A DNA stretch of 64,000 nucleotides, taken from Porphyridium purpureum. Lineage: Eukaryota. Under the pieces are notes generated by a model. That model was not told where the DNA came from. It saw only the letters and a list, made by a program, of their open reading frames with translations, and searched no databases. A program made the translations under genes and the position numbers. Positions 60,857-64,000 of the stretch are shown piece by piece. Location of the stretch: contig VRMN01000002.1 of assembly GCA_008690995.1 (NCBI GenBank), forward strand, positions 1,798,001-1,862,000, written 5' to 3'. How positions within the stretch are numbered: position 1 is the first letter of the stretch; the number at the start of each line of letters is the position of its first letter.

Positions 60857-63712
60857 ATGGCGGACGCAAATGCTGAGACCGTTTTGACGGAAGCGGTGGT
60901 ACATTTTGTGGCTGAGAATCCCGCGCAGCTGAGAACTGTCCCGGAGCCCCCTTTGCCGACAACAGCATCGGTGCCGTTTGAGTGTGTGTTTTGCTTTGAC
61001 ACACCGTTGTGCGAGACCGGCTTGTACACGTCGCTGCGCAGCTGGCGATCGTACTCTGCCGATCATTTGCAACATGAAAAGGAGAAGCACGGACAGCGTC
61101 TCTTCCTCTTGCAGAAACGGACCCGCGTCCCAAAGGCCCGAAAAGCCGAGAGCGGACCCCAGCAATCTTCGCGTGGTGCAGGGGAGGCGCAATCGCACAA
61201 CCAAGATGTGCTCATGCTCGAGCTTTCACTGGAAGAATCCTACGAGGAGAAGAAAACCCTGAGCTTGGTCATTTTGGACTCCGCCTCTAGTGTGGATGCG
61301 CATGGCATCGCCGCGGGCGCGCTCCAGATTCCATTTCCAACACTTGACGTACATTTAAATGCCCAGGTGGACGGCATCCTCGCGCGATTGGAAGAATCGC
61401 ACAGTCACATGTACGCGAGCTCTGCACCCAGCGACTGGCAGGAGGAGCGCAAGCCGACAAAGTATGCTGAAGCGCTGATTCAGTTGGATGCTGGCGAACG
61501 AAAAATTTCACCGGATCCGGCGTCATGGGCGTGCGAGAAGTGCGGGAATAAGGAAAACTTGTGGCTGAATCTCTCGGATGGCTTCATCGGCTGCGGAAGG
61601 CGAAACTGGGACGGCTCTGGTGGGTGCGGAGCCGCGCTTGTGCATTACGAGGGGACTGGCGGACTGTATCCGCTTGCAGTCAAGCTCGGCACCATTACTG
61701 CGAAAAGTGCAGATGTGTACTCCTACGCACCCGACGAAGATGACATGGTCACTGATGCGGCGCTCGAAGCGCACTTGAACCATTGGGGAATCAACATGTA
61801 CGTGATGACCAAAACGGATAAGAGCATGACGGAGCTCCAGCTCGACCTCAACAAGTCATTTGAGTTTCAACGTATCACCGAGGCAGGCAAGGACCTCGCT
61901 CCGGTTTCTGGAGCTGGGTTGATTGGCCTGGTGAATCTGGGCAATTCGTGCTACCTGAATTCCGTGGTTCAGCTGCTGTGTTGCGCTGTAGAAATTCCGG
62001 AAAAGTACATGATTGCCGCTCCTATAATCTTTCAAAACTACACTCCGCCGCCAGAAACCGATTTTGTGTTGCAGTTTGTGAAGCTTGTGTCGGCAATGTG
62101 GACCGACCGATACCGACTGCCTGGAGTGTCTGATGCAGACATGGATGCAGATGGTCACGACGATGTGTGCGGTGTTTGCAGAGAACCAGGGCAGTTATTG
62201 TGCTGTGATGGATGCCCAAAGACGTCGCATCTGATGTGCGTTCAGCCGAAAATGAGCGCACTTCCAGAAGGCGACTGGTTTTGTGACACGTGTACCGCGG
62301 CGGGCGTGTCTGGTACGGTCGTAAGCAAGAAGCAGCTCGCGCGACTGAATGCGGATGTGGTTCGACCGCACTTGTTCAAGAGGCTTGTGGGGCTGCATAA
62401 TCAATTTGGAACCGCCGAGCAACAGGATGCGCTTGAGTTTTTACAGTTTTTCCTAGAAAAAGTTGTGCGCGCGGAATTCACTTTTCAGCAGCGAGAACAA
62501 ATGGCTTGTATTGATGGGACTGAGCAGCTTTTTACCTTTGAACTCGAAGACCGGTTCCAGTGCCATCAGTCGTCGAAGGTTCGTTATCACACGAGAAAGG
62601 ACAATGTGCTCAGTCTGCAAATTCCACTCGACAAGGCTGTGAACGACTTCCCTGTCGCGGCTCGCAAGAGGCCGAGAGGGTTGACAGACTCAGACGGAGC
62701 TGCAGAAACCGAGGACAATGCGCGTCCTAAAGTGCCTTTTAGTGCATGTGTGGAACAGTTTGAAATGCAGGAAACCATCGCGGACTTTTACTCCTCTGCG
62801 ACCAAATCGAAAGGCCTGGCAACGAAGCAGACGCGATTCAAAAGCTTTCCGCCGTACCTTCTCGTTCACTTGCGTAGGTACTATGTGGCTGAGGACTGGA
62901 CAGCGAAAAAGCTGGATGTTTCTGTGGAACCACCGCGGACGATCAATCTCGAACACCTGCGCTCTGGGGGAGGTGTCCAGCCTGGTGAGGAACTGTTGCC
63001 GGAGGAGAGTGACGGTCCTGCTGGAGCATGCAAAGCTGGTGTTCCGACAGGTGCACCGTCCGCAGCTCTTGAACCAGATCCAAGTATTGTCGCTCAACTC
63101 GTGAGCATGGGATTTTCGGAAAACGGGAGCAAGCGTGCAGCGCTATCAACCAAGAATGCAGACGTCGAGACGTGCACGAACTGGGTGATTGAACACATGG
63201 ATGATCCGGACTTCAATGATCCACCAACTGTACTTACGGGATCCTCTGCTCCAGCTTCTGCGGTATCAGTGTCGGAGCAGCACCCGGCAGTATCTGCTGA
63301 ACATGTGGCCTCGCTCTCAGACATGGGCTTTACGGTAGCGCATGCCTCTGCGGCGCTGGCGCACTGCCAGAATAACCTTGAACGCGCAGCAGACTGGTTG
63401 TTCAATCACGCCGATAACTTGGACGACGCGGTGAAAGAAATCTCGTCACACGTCGAACGGCCCGAGAACGCGGGCGTGTCTGGCGCATCGTCGCACGCTG
63501 CCGGCCGCGCCGCTGTCATCGATGGTGCTGGCAAGTACGAGCTGATCGGGTTCCTGAGCCACATGGGCAGCAACACCAGCTGTGGCCACTACGTCGCTCA
63601 CCTGCGCCGTGACGGCAAGTGGGTTCTCTTCAACGATGAAAAGGTCGCCGTGTCCGAGAACACGCCGTTCGACTCGGGCTACATCTACATGTACAGACGC
63701 ACTGCCCCCTGA
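60857..63712 (+). CDS. UBP14: Ubiquitin-specific protease USP5/UBP14 with an inserted PHD finger
   Basis: ZnF-UBP NLWLNLSDGFIGCGRR; Cys box GLVNLGNSCYLNS; QQDA; two UBA domains (MGF); His box SHMG...GHYVAH; FNDEKV. Confidence 0.95.
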   Translation: MADANAETVLTEAVVHFVAENPAQLRTVPEPPLPTTASVPFECVFCFDTPLCETGLYTSLRSWRSYSADHLQHEKEKHGQRLFLLQKRTRVPKARKAESGPQQSSRGAGEAQSHNQDVLMLELSLEESYEEKKTLSLVILDSASSVDAHGIAAGALQIPFPTLDVHLNAQVDGILARLEESHSHMYASSAPSDWQEERKPTKYAEALIQLDAGERKISPDPASWACEKCGNKENLWLNLSDGFIGCGRRNWDGSGGCGAALVHYEGTGGLYPLAVKLGTITAKSADVYSYAPDEDDMVTDAALEAHLNHWGINMYVMTKTDKSMTELQLDLNKSFEFQRITEAGKDLAPVSGAGLIGLVNLGNSCYLNSVVQLLCCAVEIPEKYMIAAPIIFQNYTPPPETDFVLQFVKLVSAMWTDRYRLPGVSDADMDADGHDDVCGVCREPGQLLCCDGCPKTSHLMCVQPKMSALPEGDWFCDTCTAAGVSGTVVSKKQLARLNADVVRPHLFKRLVGLHNQFGTAEQQDALEFLQFFLEKVVRAEFTFQQREQMACIDGTEQLFTFELEDRFQCHQSSKVRYHTRKDNVLSLQIPLDKAVNDFPVAARKRPRGLTDSDGAAETEDNARPKVPFSACVEQFEMQETIADFYSSATKSKGLATKQTRFKSFPPYLLVHLRRYYVAEDWTAKKLDVSVEPPRTINLEHLRSGGGVQPGEELLPEESDGPAGACKAGVPTGAPSAALEPDPSIVAQLVSMGFSENGSKRAALSTKNADVETCTNWVIEHMDDPDFNDPPTVLTGSSAPASAVSVSEQHPAVSAEHVASLSDMGFTVAHASAALAHCQNNLERAADWLFNHADNLDDAVKEISSHVERPENAGVSGASSHAAGRAAVIDGAGKYELIGFLSHMGSNTSCGHYVAHLRRDGKWVLFNDEKVAVSENTPFDSGYIYMYRRTAP

Positions 63713-64000
63713 AACCTTCCTCGCGTCTGTCGACACCGTTCCAAACCTGGTTCTCGTGAAAAGGTCAGCTGTCACTGTACCTCACCTTAATTTAGTACAG
63801 TAAATGCACTGTAAGCGCTCAAAAAACCCCAGAAAAGGCGGTTCAAAGTACGGTTTAGCTGTACATTTTCCGCAGGCACGAAAAATTTCGGCCGAGATTT
63901 TCGTGCTCGCGGGGTGGTCGAATGGCTGCGCCGGAAGCGGACGCCCAGGAGCAGCCGCGCACCTAGACACAACAGCGAGCGACTCTGTTTTGTGCGCTGT

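Overview
Gene-dense, intron-poor eukaryotic nuclear DNA from a plastid-bearing organism. A unicellular red alga such as Porphyridium fits best; this is an inference from the MxAF-type transit peptides, very few GT-AG introns and a PPK1-Nudix fusion. About 35 protein genes were called, most with recognisable families (UROD, GST, gamma-COP, mTERF, SMN, CWC25, NDR kinase, FKBP, TBCA, TBCB, MBOAT, bromodomain, BRAP2, PEX4, M14 peptidase, RRM, SepSecS, USP5). I found no rRNA, tRNA, CRISPR or transposon. The main finding is a head-to-head pair at 5944-11362: an SPX (inositol-pyrophosphate sensor)-Nudix fusion facing a bacterial-type polyphosphate kinase 1-Nudix fusion. Both DIPP-type Nudix boxes are catalytically degenerate, which suggests a candidate non-VTC module coupling phosphate sensing to polyP synthesis. 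Other notable items are a USP5/Ubp14 with a PHD finger inserted in its catalytic domain, a CAP-derived protein with two N-terminal HFD domains and no CARP domain, a spliced 70-aa gene missed by the ORF track, SepSecS, and several bacterial-like genes. All family calls come from motif recognition by eye; no database search was run.
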